DNA from: Planctomycetota bacterium
Lineage (GTDB): Bacteria; Planctomycetota; B15-G4; JADJEK01
Direction of reading: 5' to 3'
Assembly: GCA_044225365.1 (NCBI GenBank)
Contig: JBGAIQ010000015.1
Location: 5,346 to 69,345 of the forward strand
Length of the DNA stretch: 64,000 nucleotides
How positions within the stretch are numbered: the first letter of the stretch is position 1; every line of letters begins with the position of its first letter. Below are positions 46,907-57,087 of this stretch, one piece after another. The notes beneath the pieces were generated by a model. The model saw only the letters and a list, made by a program, of their open reading frames with translations, made no database searches and was not told the DNA's origin. Both the position numbers and the translations under genes were made by a program.

Positions 46907-48586
46907 TCAGGGCGCGAACGTGACGGCGATCGCGTTGGACAGCGTGAAGCCGCCCTTCTTGCCGGCATCACTGCACACCGCCTGGATCTGCACCGTCGCC
47001 ACCGAGGTGATGACGGGCAACGTCGTCGGCACACTCAGCGATCCGTTGCAGTTGCCCACGCCGCCGAGCGGCAGCGTGACGCTGAACGGCAGCGAGGTGC
47101 CGATGCGCAGGATGCAACCATTCGGCGCCGGGATGCTCGCGGTCGATAGACCGAAGAGCAGGATCGACGTCGCACCACCGACCGCGTTCGAGACCGAGAA
47201 GGTGACCGTCTGGTTCGACGACGGGCATCCGGTCATGTTGATCGCGGGAGTGCAGCCGCCGCTGCCCGCGCAACCCGCGCCACCCTGGGCGATCGAGCCC
47301 GCGCACGTCGGGTCGGCATCGACCGTCAGCGTGTAGAGCTGCGATTCCGTCGGTGCGTTGTTCTCGAACACGCGGATGAAGTAGGTGCCAGCGGTCGGCA
47401 GATTGAAATTGGTGAGCACTTCGTTCGACCCGGCGGCGGTCGCATTGACCGTCGTCAGGATCGGGTTGCCCGCCGCGCTGCTGCGGACTTCGAACGCGAG
47501 GTCGTCGATCGCCTTGGTGTCGATCGTGGTGCCCGCGCTGCACGCGCCGTTCTGCTGCTGTGGACCGCTGAGGTAAGCGAATCCCTGGGGGGCCAGCGTG
47601 ACCGTCAGGTTCGCTGCACCGTTCACCGTGAACTGATACCAGTCCTGCTCACCGTTGCCGTCGATCGAGAGGATCGAGGTGTTCGCGATCGTCGGACTCG
47701 GCACCGAACCGAGGACGACCGGAGTGCCGGTGAGGACGCCGATGTCGAACGCCGCCAGCGCGGAATCGTCCGGTTCGTTGTCGTCGCCGTAGTGGCGCTG
47801 CGCCGCGCGGATGTCGTCGTGGCGCGGGCCATCGAACGCCGTGGAGAGGAACGGTTCCATGAGCTTCGACTGCTGGATCGGGCAGCTGTGGAGCAGGCCG
47901 ATCGCGTGGCCGAGTTCGTGCGTGATCGTGTTGCGCATGAACAGGCTGCTCGGCTGGCCCTGGGCCCAGTTCTCCGAGCTGTCGAGGACCATGTCGCCGT
48001 TCTGCGGCAACTGGGTGTACCCGAGGATGCCGTTCACGCCGTCGATGTTGTGCATCGAGAGGCGGATGTCGCCGTGGGTCGTGTCGTTGCCCGAGGTGCC
48101 CCACGCGACGCCATCGTCCCACTCGACGCCCGCCGCGGTGACGCGCGTGAAGTCGATGCCGGACAGCGCTTCCCAGCGATCGAAGCACGCCTGGATCTTG
48201 CTGACCCACAACGCCGTGTTGTTCGCGAAGAGCGTGTTCATTCGCGCGAACATGTTGGACGGCGTCGAAGCCTCACCTGCAGCGCCAGGGATCACGAGTC
48301 CGTCGGGCACGAGGCTCCACGTCACGATCACGTTGCTGCCCTGGCCGCCGGTCCAGCGATTGCCGAGCTGGTACTTGTAGGGGACGCCGGGCGTGCCGTA
48401 GGTCTTCTCGAGATAGGCTTCGATCGCCGCGACGTAGTGATCGGTCGTGCCTTCGGCGAAGCAGACGATCGGGGCGGTCTCGCGACCGGGATTGTTCCAG
48501 TCGGGCGCCTGTTGGGCGAAGGCAAGCGTCGGGGTCCACGCACACAGGGTGAGAAGGGCCGCGCGCAGCGGGCTGCGAGTTTTCAA
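46907..48586 (-). CDS. Secreted matrixin (M10-like) metalloprotease with PPC-like domain and shared C-terminal domain
   Basis: TTG start with AGGAG SD; signal peptide ending LAFA-Q; HELGHAIGLLH and Met-turn LMEP; DWYQF...AGTYFIRV (PPC-like). Confidence 0.9.
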   Translation of the reverse strand: MKTRSPLRAALLTLCAWTPTLAFAQQAPDWNNPGRETAPIVCFAEGTTDHYVAAIEAYLEKTYGTPGVPYKYQLGNRWTGGQGSNVIVTWSLVPDGLVIPGAAGEASTPSNMFARMNTLFANNTALWVSKIQACFDRWEALSGIDFTRVTAAGVEWDDGVAWGTSGNDTTHGDIRLSMHNIDGVNGILGYTQLPQNGDMVLDSSENWAQGQPSSLFMRNTITHELGHAIGLLHSCPIQQSKLMEPFLSTAFDGPRHDDIRAAQRHYGDDNEPDDSALAAFDIGVLTGTPVVLGSVPSPTIANTSILSIDGNGEQDWYQFTVNGAANLTVTLAPQGFAYLSGPQQQNGACSAGTTIDTKAIDDLAFEVRSSAAGNPILTTVNATAAGSNEVLTNFNLPTAGTYFIRVFENNAPTESQLYTLTVDADPTCAGSIAQGGAGCAGSGGCTPAINMTGCPSSNQTVTFSVSNAVGGATSILLFGLSTASIPAPNGCILRIGTSLPFSVTLPLGGVGNCNGSLSVPTTLPVITSVATVQIQAVCSDAGKKGGFTLSNAIAVTFAP

Positions 48587-48770
48587 GGGGGGGCTCCTGG
48601 GACGGAAAACGGGGGTGAAGCGACCAAGGGGTCTTGGGGTCGGAGAGAGTCGGGAACGGTACGAAGCGGGAGACGGACTGCGGTCGCGACGCCAGCGTGT
48701 GGGACTGGGGTCGTCGGACGGGCAACGCATCGAACTGCCGAAACCGGTCGAATCGATGGGCGTTGCGGGG

Positions 48771-48813
48771 ATTATCCCTCGCGGCGGGTGTTTGGCAAAG
48801 ATCCTATTTTTTT
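48771..48813 (-). promoter_or_regulatory. Candidate sigma70 promoter with A-tract UP element
   Basis: Minus strand reads AAAAAAATAGGATCT TTGCCA-N16-GATAAT, upstream of the matrixin gene. Confidence 0.35.
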
Positions 48814-48824
48814 CTGCTTCCGAG

Positions 48825-51800
48825 TCAGCGCTTCACGACGAGGAGGTTGCGGAAGCGGACCTTCTGTCCGTGGTCCTGGAGAACGAGGGGAGCGCTCGCC
48901 ACTTCGGGCTCGCCGCGGGCGGCGCCGGTCGGGCCGGCGATCTCGACGCCGTCGTGGATCTTCTTGCCGTTGAGGTAGCAGGTCACGCGCGCGTTCGCGA
49001 TCTTCTTCCCGGTGGGGTCGAAGCGCGGCGCCGTGAACTCGATGTCGTAGCTCTGCCAGCGGGCGGGTTCGCGGACGGCGTCGACGGCGGCGGCTCTCGT
49101 CTCGTAGATCGCGCCGCAACTCGTCTGGGTCGGCGCCGAACCGAACGAATCGAGGATCTGGATCTCGTAGCGGCCCTGGATGTAGATGCCGCTGTTGCCG
49201 CGCTGGTCGTCGGGAACGACGCCCTGTCGCTCGGGTGTCGCGAACTCGACGTGGATCGTGGCATCGCCGAACGATTCGGTCGTCGCGATGTCACCGCCTT
49301 CCGCCGTCCACACTCCGTCGGTGAGCGGCACGGAGCGACTCTTGGCGTCGTCCTTCGCGAAGTGGATCGCTGGGGGATTCGATGCGAATGGCGCGACGAC
49401 GCCGTCGCCGAGGAAGCTCGTCGCGGCGGGCAGGTCGGGACCGTTCGCGGTCCACGCGATCCCGGCGGCGAGGTGCTTCAAGAACAGGTCGTTCTTCCAC
49501 ACGTCGTCGGTGTGGCCGAGCGTCGTGACGAAGACGCGACCGCGGCCGAATTCGCGCCACCACGCGACGGGCGTGAGCGGGGAGGTCGGCTGCGGCAGCT
49601 TGGGGTCGAGTGAGCCCTTCGCGACCGCGAGCAACGGATGGACGATCGCGTTCTTCTGGAACGTGACCCGGGGCAGCCGGTCCTCGACCTCGAGCTTCCC
49701 GCCGAGCATGGCCGTCGCCGGGTGATGGGGGTCGAGGACGTCGAGCACGAGATTCCCGACCCACGGTTCGGGTTCGCCGGTCGCGTCCAGCCGCGCGCCG
49801 ATCAGATCGCCGAAGAATGCGTCGTTTGGCCAGGTGTCGAGCGCGGTGTGGATCAGCGTGAGGCCGCCGCCGTTTCCAACCCACTCCACGAGGCGTGCTC
49901 GGCCCGCGTCGTCGAGCGGCAGGTCTCCGCCCGTGAAGAGGACGAGAGCTTCGATGCTCTTCAGCTTCTCCGCGGTGAGCTGTGAGACGTCCTTCGTCAC
50001 CGACAGCTTCACCTTGCCGCGCACCGCTTCACCGACCTGGATCTCGGCGCGCGATAGCGTCGCGGCTTGCGGGCGCTTCACGGCATCGTGCTCCTTGCCC
50101 ACCGCCTGCGTGAGCAGCAGTGCGCGCGGGAGGTTCTTGTCGTCGCGACGGTTGTCCATCCCGGGGATGTTGGTGAGGGTGTAGTAGGCGCGATCGTGGA
50201 GCAAGGTCTCGCCGGTCTTGCTCTTCACGCCCTTCGCCACGAGTTCGTGGACGTAGTCGCGCTTCAACGGGGTGACGACGAGCTTGACGTGGCGCGCATC
50301 GACCACGGTCGCGCTCGCGACGGTGAGCGTCTGCGTGTCGGTCTCCGGTGCGCCGTAGTCGGAGTGGTAGGGGTAGGTGTACGAGATGAACGAGTACGAC
50401 GCCGGATCCGCGGCGCTCACCGCGTCGACGTCGGCGGTGAATTCGAGCTCGAATCCATCCTTCTGGGCGCGCATCGCGAGCATCTCGAACGGAGTCTTGC
50501 CGGTGAACACGACGCGCTCGAGGCCTTCGCGCCGCCGTCCGACCGAGGTCCAGCCGCGATCGGTCTCACCGACGAGTAGGGAACCATCGCGTGCGAACTC
50601 GAGTCGATTCACGCCGCAGCCGAATCCATCGAGGAACGGGAAGCACGCGCCTTGATGATGCCCGTCGACCTTTTCGAGGAAGACGCGCATCACGATCGCG
50701 GCGAGCTGATCGCCACAGAACAACTGCCCGTCGTAGGGACCGAACTTGCCGTTCTGTTCGCAGAGCTCGACGTCCGCGACCGATTGGCCCATCTTCTTGT
50801 AGGGGAACCATACCGCGGGCACCTGTCGCGGCGGGCGGTCGTCGCCCTGGAGATCGGTGTGCCAGCGCAGACTCGCGGGGTGGCCGTGCCACACGCCGGG
50901 TTCGAGTGCGGCGAGCTTGTTCGTCGCGACGTAGTCGCCTTGGTTGTCGACGTAGAAGGGCGTGCCATCGGTGAAGAACGTGAACCCGTTCGGTGAGCGC
51001 ATGCCGTCGCAGATCGGGGTCAGGTTGCCCTGCGCATCGATTCGGACGCACCAACCGCGCCACGGCACGATCGACTTGCCGAGCGAGTTGCAGAAGCCGA
51101 CGTTGAGCGTCACGAGCGCGGAGCCATCCTTCGGGTCGAACGCGGGGCCGAACGCGAATTCGTGATAGTTGCCGGAGACTCCCCACGAATCGCAGATCGT
51201 CTCGTAGTCGTCGGCGACGTCGTCGCCATCGCGATCGACGAGGCGCGTGAGTTCGCCGCGCTGGACCGTGTACGCGGCGAACGCGTCCTTGTCCTGGCGT
51301 GTCGCGAGACCGAGCGGTTCGTGCAATCCCGTCGCGAACAGCTTGAACTTGGCCTGCCAGGGAGTCGCATCGAAGGCGTGATCGACGAGGTAGACGTCGC
51401 CGCGTCGCGTCGCGACGAGTGGACGGCCGTCCTTGTAGATCGCGAGTCCGCCGACCTCGAGCACGACACCTTGCGGCGTCGGGATCGTCGCGACGCGATA
51501 GTGCTCGCGTTCACGCGAGGGCGGGAAGTCGGAGTCGAGCTGGTAGAAGAGTTGCGCGTCGAGGTCCGTCGGCAGATCCCGTCGCGTGTTGATCTGGAAC
51601 TCCCAGCTCACTGCGCCGTTGCTGATCTTCAGCATCAGATGGTTCACGCCCTTCTTGAGGTCGAGCGTGAGCTTGTCCTGCGTCGGATCGAGGCCGCGCG
51701 GCACGTCGAGGTCGTGGATCAACTTTCCGTTCAGCCAGAAGCGCACGCCGTCGTCGGAGCCCATCGTGATGGGCGCCTGGCGATCGGAGTCGCAATCGAT

Positions 51801-52241
51801 CGTCGTGTAGACGTAGCAGACGGAATTGTCGTTGCGCCAGCGTTGGTCGGTCCGCCGCAGGTCGAACTTCTCGTTGGGATGGACGTCGATCGGCTCCCAG
51901 TGGCACTCGAAGTCGCGCTTGCCCTTGTAGACCTTCTTCAAGTCGGGGCCGGGACCGTTCGCGATGCACTTGCGCAGTTCGGTCTCGGGCTCGAGTCGCC
52001 GAGCGAGGTCGTTCTGTTCGTGGCCCGCGTACGGGAACGGCGTGAGCAGATACCACTTCCCGAAGTGGCCGATGTCGGGCGCGAGGAGATCGAGCATCCG
52101 CGTGAGAGTCTCCTCGCGCGAGCCCATCTTCTTGTACTCCTGTCCACCGATCTTGACGGGCTCTCCGCCCGCGGTCGTCGAGTCGGAGGTGGGAGCGGCG
52201 AAGGCGAGGAGGCAGCCGAGCAGGTTCGTCGCGAGCATCAT
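48825..52241 (-). CDS. Secreted multidomain protein: PA14-like + sugar dehydrogenase-like beta-propeller + ThuA-like + DUF1080 (3-keto-disaccharide hydrolase-like)
   Basis: GSDDGVRFWLNG (PA14-like); GLHEPLG, GNYHEFAFGP and GMRSPNG (propeller); GRGRVFVTTLGH (ThuA); GNSGIYIQGRYEIQILDS and LQDHGQKVRFRN (DUF1080). ATGA overlap with the upstream gene. Confidence 0.87.
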   Translation of the reverse strand: MMLATNLLGCLLAFAAPTSDSTTAGGEPVKIGGQEYKKMGSREETLTRMLDLLAPDIGHFGKWYLLTPFPYAGHEQNDLARRLEPETELRKCIANGPGPDLKKVYKGKRDFECHWEPIDVHPNEKFDLRRTDQRWRNDNSVCYVYTTIDCDSDRQAPITMGSDDGVRFWLNGKLIHDLDVPRGLDPTQDKLTLDLKKGVNHLMLKISNGAVSWEFQINTRRDLPTDLDAQLFYQLDSDFPPSREREHYRVATIPTPQGVVLEVGGLAIYKDGRPLVATRRGDVYLVDHAFDATPWQAKFKLFATGLHEPLGLATRQDKDAFAAYTVQRGELTRLVDRDGDDVADDYETICDSWGVSGNYHEFAFGPAFDPKDGSALVTLNVGFCNSLGKSIVPWRGWCVRIDAQGNLTPICDGMRSPNGFTFFTDGTPFYVDNQGDYVATNKLAALEPGVWHGHPASLRWHTDLQGDDRPPRQVPAVWFPYKKMGQSVADVELCEQNGKFGPYDGQLFCGDQLAAIVMRVFLEKVDGHHQGACFPFLDGFGCGVNRLEFARDGSLLVGETDRGWTSVGRRREGLERVVFTGKTPFEMLAMRAQKDGFELEFTADVDAVSAADPASYSFISYTYPYHSDYGAPETDTQTLTVASATVVDARHVKLVVTPLKRDYVHELVAKGVKSKTGETLLHDRAYYTLTNIPGMDNRRDDKNLPRALLLTQAVGKEHDAVKRPQAATLSRAEIQVGEAVRGKVKLSVTKDVSQLTAEKLKSIEALVLFTGGDLPLDDAGRARLVEWVGNGGGLTLIHTALDTWPNDAFFGDLIGARLDATGEPEPWVGNLVLDVLDPHHPATAMLGGKLEVEDRLPRVTFQKNAIVHPLLAVAKGSLDPKLPQPTSPLTPVAWWREFGRGRVFVTTLGHTDDVWKNDLFLKHLAAGIAWTANGPDLPAATSFLGDGVVAPFASNPPAIHFAKDDAKSRSVPLTDGVWTAEGGDIATTESFGDATIHVEFATPERQGVVPDDQRGNSGIYIQGRYEIQILDSFGSAPTQTSCGAIYETRAAAVDAVREPARWQSYDIEFTAPRFDPTGKKIANARVTCYLNGKKIHDGVEIAGPTGAARGEPEVASAPLVLQDHGQKVRFRNLLVVKR

Positions 52242-55042
52242 GGCGTCACCTCGATCTCGAAGCGGAACGACTTCGCGCCGGTTTCCGGCGTGAGTTGGAA
52301 CCAATCGGCGCCGGCCTTTCCAACGGAGAATCCGCTCGTGGCGCGCACCTGGGCGTGGGCGCCGTCGCCGCCGGGATTCACGACGAGCGCCTTGGGATCG
52401 CCCTCGATCTCGAAGCTGCGCGTGAAGTGGGGCTTCGGTGTGAGCGACGCGTCGATGCGCTCGTTCACGACGACGCCGTTCACCGAGTAGCGGAACGTGG
52501 GCGGCGCGTCCTTGCTCGTGAAGCGATAACCGAGGAATCGGTATCCGGCCTTCTGGCCGAAGGTGTTGGGCCAGGTGTCGGGCGGCGCCGTCGCGACGAG
52601 CAATGGGGGCCCATCGATCCCGCTCCACAGCGCCTTGCCCTGACCGCCGCAGATCGTGCCGCCGCGACCTTCCCACGCACCGGTCGCGTCGAGGAAGTCG
52701 CCCTGCCAGACCTCGGCGAGGCGCACGCGCTCGGCGTCGAAGCCGTAGTGGATGCCGACGGGCAGACCGACCGCGATCCCGCGCACGCCCGAGCGTTCGA
52801 GGAAGGTGCGCAGCACGCGCGGCGTGTCGGTGACGACGATCTTCAGCGCGTCCTTGCCCGCAATGCCTTCGGGTGGCGGCATGTTCTCGGAGAGCGTGAA
52901 GTACGCCCAAAGCGCATCGCCTTGGGAGTAGATGTCGCCCTGCTGGATCCCGGGAACGGTGCTCCGCCTTCCGAGGGCAAAGCTCGGCATGCGTGTGCCG
53001 GGTTTGAATCGCGCGGGCTGTTGGATGTAGGCGGTCCACCACTCGTAGCGCAGCCGGCCGGCGAATTCGTCGATGCGCGGCCCGGGCGAGCCGACGGGCG
53101 GGTTGTTCTTGAATTGATGGCAGCCGATGCAGTTCATGCCGGTCGAGCCGACGAGCTTCTGCCCGTCGCGAACGAGTGCGTCGGTGGTCGCCGGCGGGTT
53201 CGCGTCGGTCTCGGGTCGCGTGCCGAGTTCCGCTGAGAGTGCGGTCGCGATCGCGGCGGTGTCGAGTTGCGCGAAGCTCGGCATGCGCACGCCCATGTAC
53301 GGCCGCGCGATTCCTTCTCCGCGCAGGACTTGCTTCATCCAGTTGGTGTGCAGCTTGAAGCCCACGCTCGTGAGATCGGGCGGGAGGCGACCTTCATCGC
53401 CGAGATCGACCCGATCGTCGCGCGAATGGAAGTAGATCGAGACCTCGGGCGCGACGCCGTACAACGTGTCCTTGCGATGACAACTGAAGCAGTGGGCGGC
53501 GGTCTGCGTGCGATAGAGCCGATCCGTCGGTGCGACGATCCCGGTCGCGCGCGTGGTCGCGGGCAGCGCCGCCATGAGTGCGCGACCCTCGTCGCCGACG
53601 AAGGCCGTCTCGCCGAAGCGATACCTCGGCGTGGAACCACTCCCCGCGAGGCAGCCGCCTGCGGGATTCGCCGCGATCGTTCCGAGATCCTTCGCGAAGT
53701 CGTGTTTCGAACCGAAAGGCGTGAGCACGCCATGGCACGCATCGCAACGCAATCGTGCGAATGCCTGCTTGCCGCGTTCGACCCTCGCCGCGTCGACGAT
53801 CGATTCGTCCTTCGCTTCTTCGGCCTTGCGGGCGTTGCTTTCGAACGACGCGAGGAGATGATCGGCGAGCGCGTGCGAGTCGTTCTCCGACAGGAGGAAC
53901 GACGGCATCGCGCCGTCGCGATGCAGCTTCGCGGGATCGCGCAGGAATTCGGCGAGCGCGCCGCGAGTCCACTTGCCCGCGAGATCGCCATAGGGATGGA
54001 CGACGTCGGCGGTGGGCACCGTGGTCGACTGCTGCGGGTCGTCGAACACCTCGCGCGGACTCGCGAGCGCCCCGTGACACGCGACGCATCCGATCTCGTG
54101 GAAGATCTTGCGACCGATCGAGGGGGCGAACGCCCAGCTCGCAGCGGTGGCGCGCTCCGTAGCGAGGCTCTTCACGAAGTGCGCGAGATCGAGCGCGACG
54201 CCATTCGGATCGCTCTCGCCGTCGAGCAGGCTCGGCATGTCGGCGTGCGGTCGAACGCTCGAGGGATCGCGGATCCAGCGGGCGAGCCACTCGATCCGCG
54301 AGAAGCGCGCCGTCACGGAGAGATCGGGACCGACGCGGCGACCGACCGCTGCCGCGCTCGTCTCGTTCGGTTCGTGGCATTGAGTGCAGCCCTTCACTTC
54401 GAGCATGGCGCGGCCGCGCGTGGCGACGAGTCCGGCGAGAGCGTTCGTCACGTCGGCGTCGGGAACTCGCACCACGTAGGCCGGAATCGGCTCCGGACGA
54501 AAGCCCGAGGTATCGTCGGGCGCCATCTCCCAAGAGGTGCGGAGCCGCGCGGCGCCGCGCCCACTGCGCTCGAACACGACTTCGACCGTCACGTCGTGAT
54601 CGCGGGTGGACGAGAACTTGTTCCACTGCGAATCGGCGCGCCCGCCGTTCTCGGCATGACACTCCGCGAGCAGGGACTTCTTGGCTTCGTCGCGCACTCG
54701 CAGGTCGGCCTTGCCTCCGTCCACTTCGATCGCGAAGCGATAGGTTCCGTCGGAAGGGATCGCGATCTTCGCACGATACGTCGCGGTGAAGCCGGCCGCG
54801 CGCACTTCGGGATGGGGCGCTTCGTTCTCCTGCAGCACGAAGGCCGCCGCGGGCGCCCAGGTGTCGGCACTCGCCTGGAAGACGCCCATGTTCTGCGCGT
54901 AGTGCACGGCCCATCCCGCGGGCAACTCGGGAACGGCGCTCACCTCTGCGCTTGCGCTGCGGGTCGTCGCGAGTGCGAGGAGAATGGTCCATGCGAACAG
55001 AGACGCGTTGCGGACCGATCGAGTCAGGGCTTGCAGCAGCAT
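52238..55042 (-). CDS. Secreted multi-heme c-type cytochrome (five CxxCH)
   Basis: CTQCH, CVACH, CDACH, CFSCH and CIGCH, with distal MP motifs (DMPS, AMPS, RMPS); signal peptide. Confidence 0.9.
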   Translation of the reverse strand: MLLQALTRSVRNASLFAWTILLALATTRSASAEVSAVPELPAGWAVHYAQNMGVFQASADTWAPAAAFVLQENEAPHPEVRAAGFTATYRAKIAIPSDGTYRFAIEVDGGKADLRVRDEAKKSLLAECHAENGGRADSQWNKFSSTRDHDVTVEVVFERSGRGAARLRTSWEMAPDDTSGFRPEPIPAYVVRVPDADVTNALAGLVATRGRAMLEVKGCTQCHEPNETSAAAVGRRVGPDLSVTARFSRIEWLARWIRDPSSVRPHADMPSLLDGESDPNGVALDLAHFVKSLATERATAASWAFAPSIGRKIFHEIGCVACHGALASPREVFDDPQQSTTVPTADVVHPYGDLAGKWTRGALAEFLRDPAKLHRDGAMPSFLLSENDSHALADHLLASFESNARKAEEAKDESIVDAARVERGKQAFARLRCDACHGVLTPFGSKHDFAKDLGTIAANPAGGCLAGSGSTPRYRFGETAFVGDEGRALMAALPATTRATGIVAPTDRLYRTQTAAHCFSCHRKDTLYGVAPEVSIYFHSRDDRVDLGDEGRLPPDLTSVGFKLHTNWMKQVLRGEGIARPYMGVRMPSFAQLDTAAIATALSAELGTRPETDANPPATTDALVRDGQKLVGSTGMNCIGCHQFKNNPPVGSPGPRIDEFAGRLRYEWWTAYIQQPARFKPGTRMPSFALGRRSTVPGIQQGDIYSQGDALWAYFTLSENMPPPEGIAGKDALKIVVTDTPRVLRTFLERSGVRGIAVGLPVGIHYGFDAERVRLAEVWQGDFLDATGAWEGRGGTICGGQGKALWSGIDGPPLLVATAPPDTWPNTFGQKAGYRFLGYRFTSKDAPPTFRYSVNGVVVNERIDASLTPKPHFTRSFEIEGDPKALVVNPGGDGAHAQVRATSGFSVGKAGADWFQLTPETGAKSFRFEIEVTP

Positions 55043-55291
55043 GCAGCGTCTCCGGTCGGAGGGGGAAGAGGGGTACAGAGTATGGGAGAGACGGCGGTTT
55101 CGGAACAGGGCATCGCATGCAGGAGCGGAGTCGTACAGCGGTCTCGGTCTCGTACGACGTACGTTGTACGAGCCCGACGTACGATCCTGCTCCCACAGTC
55201 GTGCCACCGCTCTCCCCTATCCTGTTCTCGCGGACGCCGTTTCGGGTTATCCTGTCGTATCAAGCCGTTCCCCTCGGAAGATCCCATCGAC

Positions 55292-56998
55292 ATGAAGACC
55301 GCTGTTTGCCTCGTGGCGTCGTGTGCACTCTCCTCGTTCGCGCTCGGGCAGTCGGTGCTGTTCACCGTGAACGGCGATAACGCGAGCGACGTATTCGGGC
55401 AGTGCATCGACATCGTCGGCGACGTGAATCACGACGGCTACGCCGACTTCATCGTGGGCGCGTGGCGCGACGACAACAATGGCAAGACCGATTCGGGGAG
55501 CGTGCGGCTCGTGTCCGGCAAGGACGGAACCACGCTGCTCGTCATCAACGGTGATCTCGCGAACGATCACATGGGATTCGGATCGAGCGGCGCGGGCGAC
55601 GTCGACGGCGACGGAACGCCCGACATTTGCGCGGCCGCGGACGAGGCCGATGTGGGCGGGATCGTGAACGAAGGCGCGGCGAAGATCGTCTCCGGCGCGA
55701 CGGGGCTCACGCTGTACACCGTGACGGGCGACAACGCGAGCGACCTCTTCGGCTGGTCGTCGGCCGCGGCCGGCGACATCGACGGGGACGGCTTCGCCGA
55801 TTTCGTCGTCGGCGCCCTGCAGGACGACGACACCGGCAAGACGAACTGCGGCAGCGTCACGGCGTTCTCCGGCAAGACGGGAGGGGTGATCCGCCGCGTC
55901 TTCGGCTTCGTGGGCGGGGACAATCTCGGCGATACCTGCGGCGGAGTCGGCGACATCGACGGCGACGGCAAGGCCGACTTCGTCGGCGGCGCTCCATCCG
56001 CGGATCCGAACGGCGCGACGTCGGGCCAGGCGCTCGTGTTCTCCGGCGCCACCGGCCAGATCCTGATCGGCTTCGACGGCGCGGCGGCGGGCGACGGCCT
56101 CGGCGGTTCCGTGTCCGGCGCCGGCGACACCAACCTCGACGGGTTCCCGGACGTCCTGATCGGCGCGCCGAACGAGGACTCGAACGGAGCGAACGCGGGA
56201 ACGGTGCGCGTCATCTCCGGCGCGACGCACTTCGTGCTGCTCCAGGCCCATGGCGACGCCGCGGGCGATGCTCTCGGCACGGCGGTCCGCGACGCGGGCG
56301 ACGTGAACGGCGACGGCTATCCCGATTTCATGGCGGGGGCGACGGGCGACGACGACAACGGCTCGGGCTGCGGCTCGGTACGAATCTTCTCGGGCAAGGA
56401 CGGCTCGATCGTTCGCACATTCTTCGGCGACAGCGCGGGGGATTCGCTCGGCACCTCCGTGGCGGGCGGCGGGGACATGGATCTCGATTCACTCTCCGAT
56501 GTCGTCGCTGGCGCGATCGGCGACGACAACAACGGTTCGGGCTCTGGAAGCGCGCGGGCGTACAGCCTGCGACCCGTCGGCCTCACAATGTTCGGTACGG
56601 GCACGCCGGGCTGCGCCGGCAAGATGCACCTCTCCGGCAACGGCGTTCCGCAGATCGGAAACGCCGGCTTCACGCTGATCGGTGACCACGCGCCTCCGAG
56701 CAGCGTCGGCTACCTCTTCGTGTCCGACGTCGCGAACGTTCCCGGCTCGGTCCTGCCGGGCGTCGGCGCGATCCTCCACGTGGCTCTGCCGCCGGTCTCG
56801 AACGTGCTGTTCATCGGCAACACGTTCGCGGATGCGCATGGCTCCATCCTCTCGCCCGTCCCGCTTCCGCTCGACGTGTCCCTCGTCGGTTTCGCGGTCT
56901 CGTTCCAGGCGCTCTCGGTGTGGCCGAGCCATTGCGCCGGTCTGCCGCTCACCAACGTGAGCTCGTCGAACGGGCTCACCGCCGTCCTGCAGCCCTGA
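55292..56998 (+). CDS. Secreted FG-GAP (integrin-alpha-like) beta-propeller with shared C-terminal domain
   Basis: Seven FG...GDVxxDGxxD...GA repeats; signal peptide MKTAVCLVASCALSSFALG; ends SSSNGLTAVLQP. Confidence 0.92.
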   Translation: MKTAVCLVASCALSSFALGQSVLFTVNGDNASDVFGQCIDIVGDVNHDGYADFIVGAWRDDNNGKTDSGSVRLVSGKDGTTLLVINGDLANDHMGFGSSGAGDVDGDGTPDICAAADEADVGGIVNEGAAKIVSGATGLTLYTVTGDNASDLFGWSSAAAGDIDGDGFADFVVGALQDDDTGKTNCGSVTAFSGKTGGVIRRVFGFVGGDNLGDTCGGVGDIDGDGKADFVGGAPSADPNGATSGQALVFSGATGQILIGFDGAAAGDGLGGSVSGAGDTNLDGFPDVLIGAPNEDSNGANAGTVRVISGATHFVLLQAHGDAAGDALGTAVRDAGDVNGDGYPDFMAGATGDDDNGSGCGSVRIFSGKDGSIVRTFFGDSAGDSLGTSVAGGGDMDLDSLSDVVAGAIGDDNNGSGSGSARAYSLRPVGLTMFGTGTPGCAGKMHLSGNGVPQIGNAGFTLIGDHAPPSSVGYLFVSDVANVPGSVLPGVGAILHVALPPVSNVLFIGNTFADAHGSILSPVPLPLDVSLVGFAVSFQALSVWPSHCAGLPLTNVSSSNGLTAVLQP

Positions 56999-57087
56999 CG
57001 CCGCGACGAAGTCGCGCGTTCGGGCTCGACGAACAAACGACCATCGCTATCGTCGGCGGCTCGAAGTGTCCCCGCGCGGAGCGACCC

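Noticed and set aside
48446-48470. Hint/intein domain suggested by CFAEGT
   Set aside because: No downstream Hint motifs (TxxH, terminal HN); the sequence proceeds straight into the protease domain.
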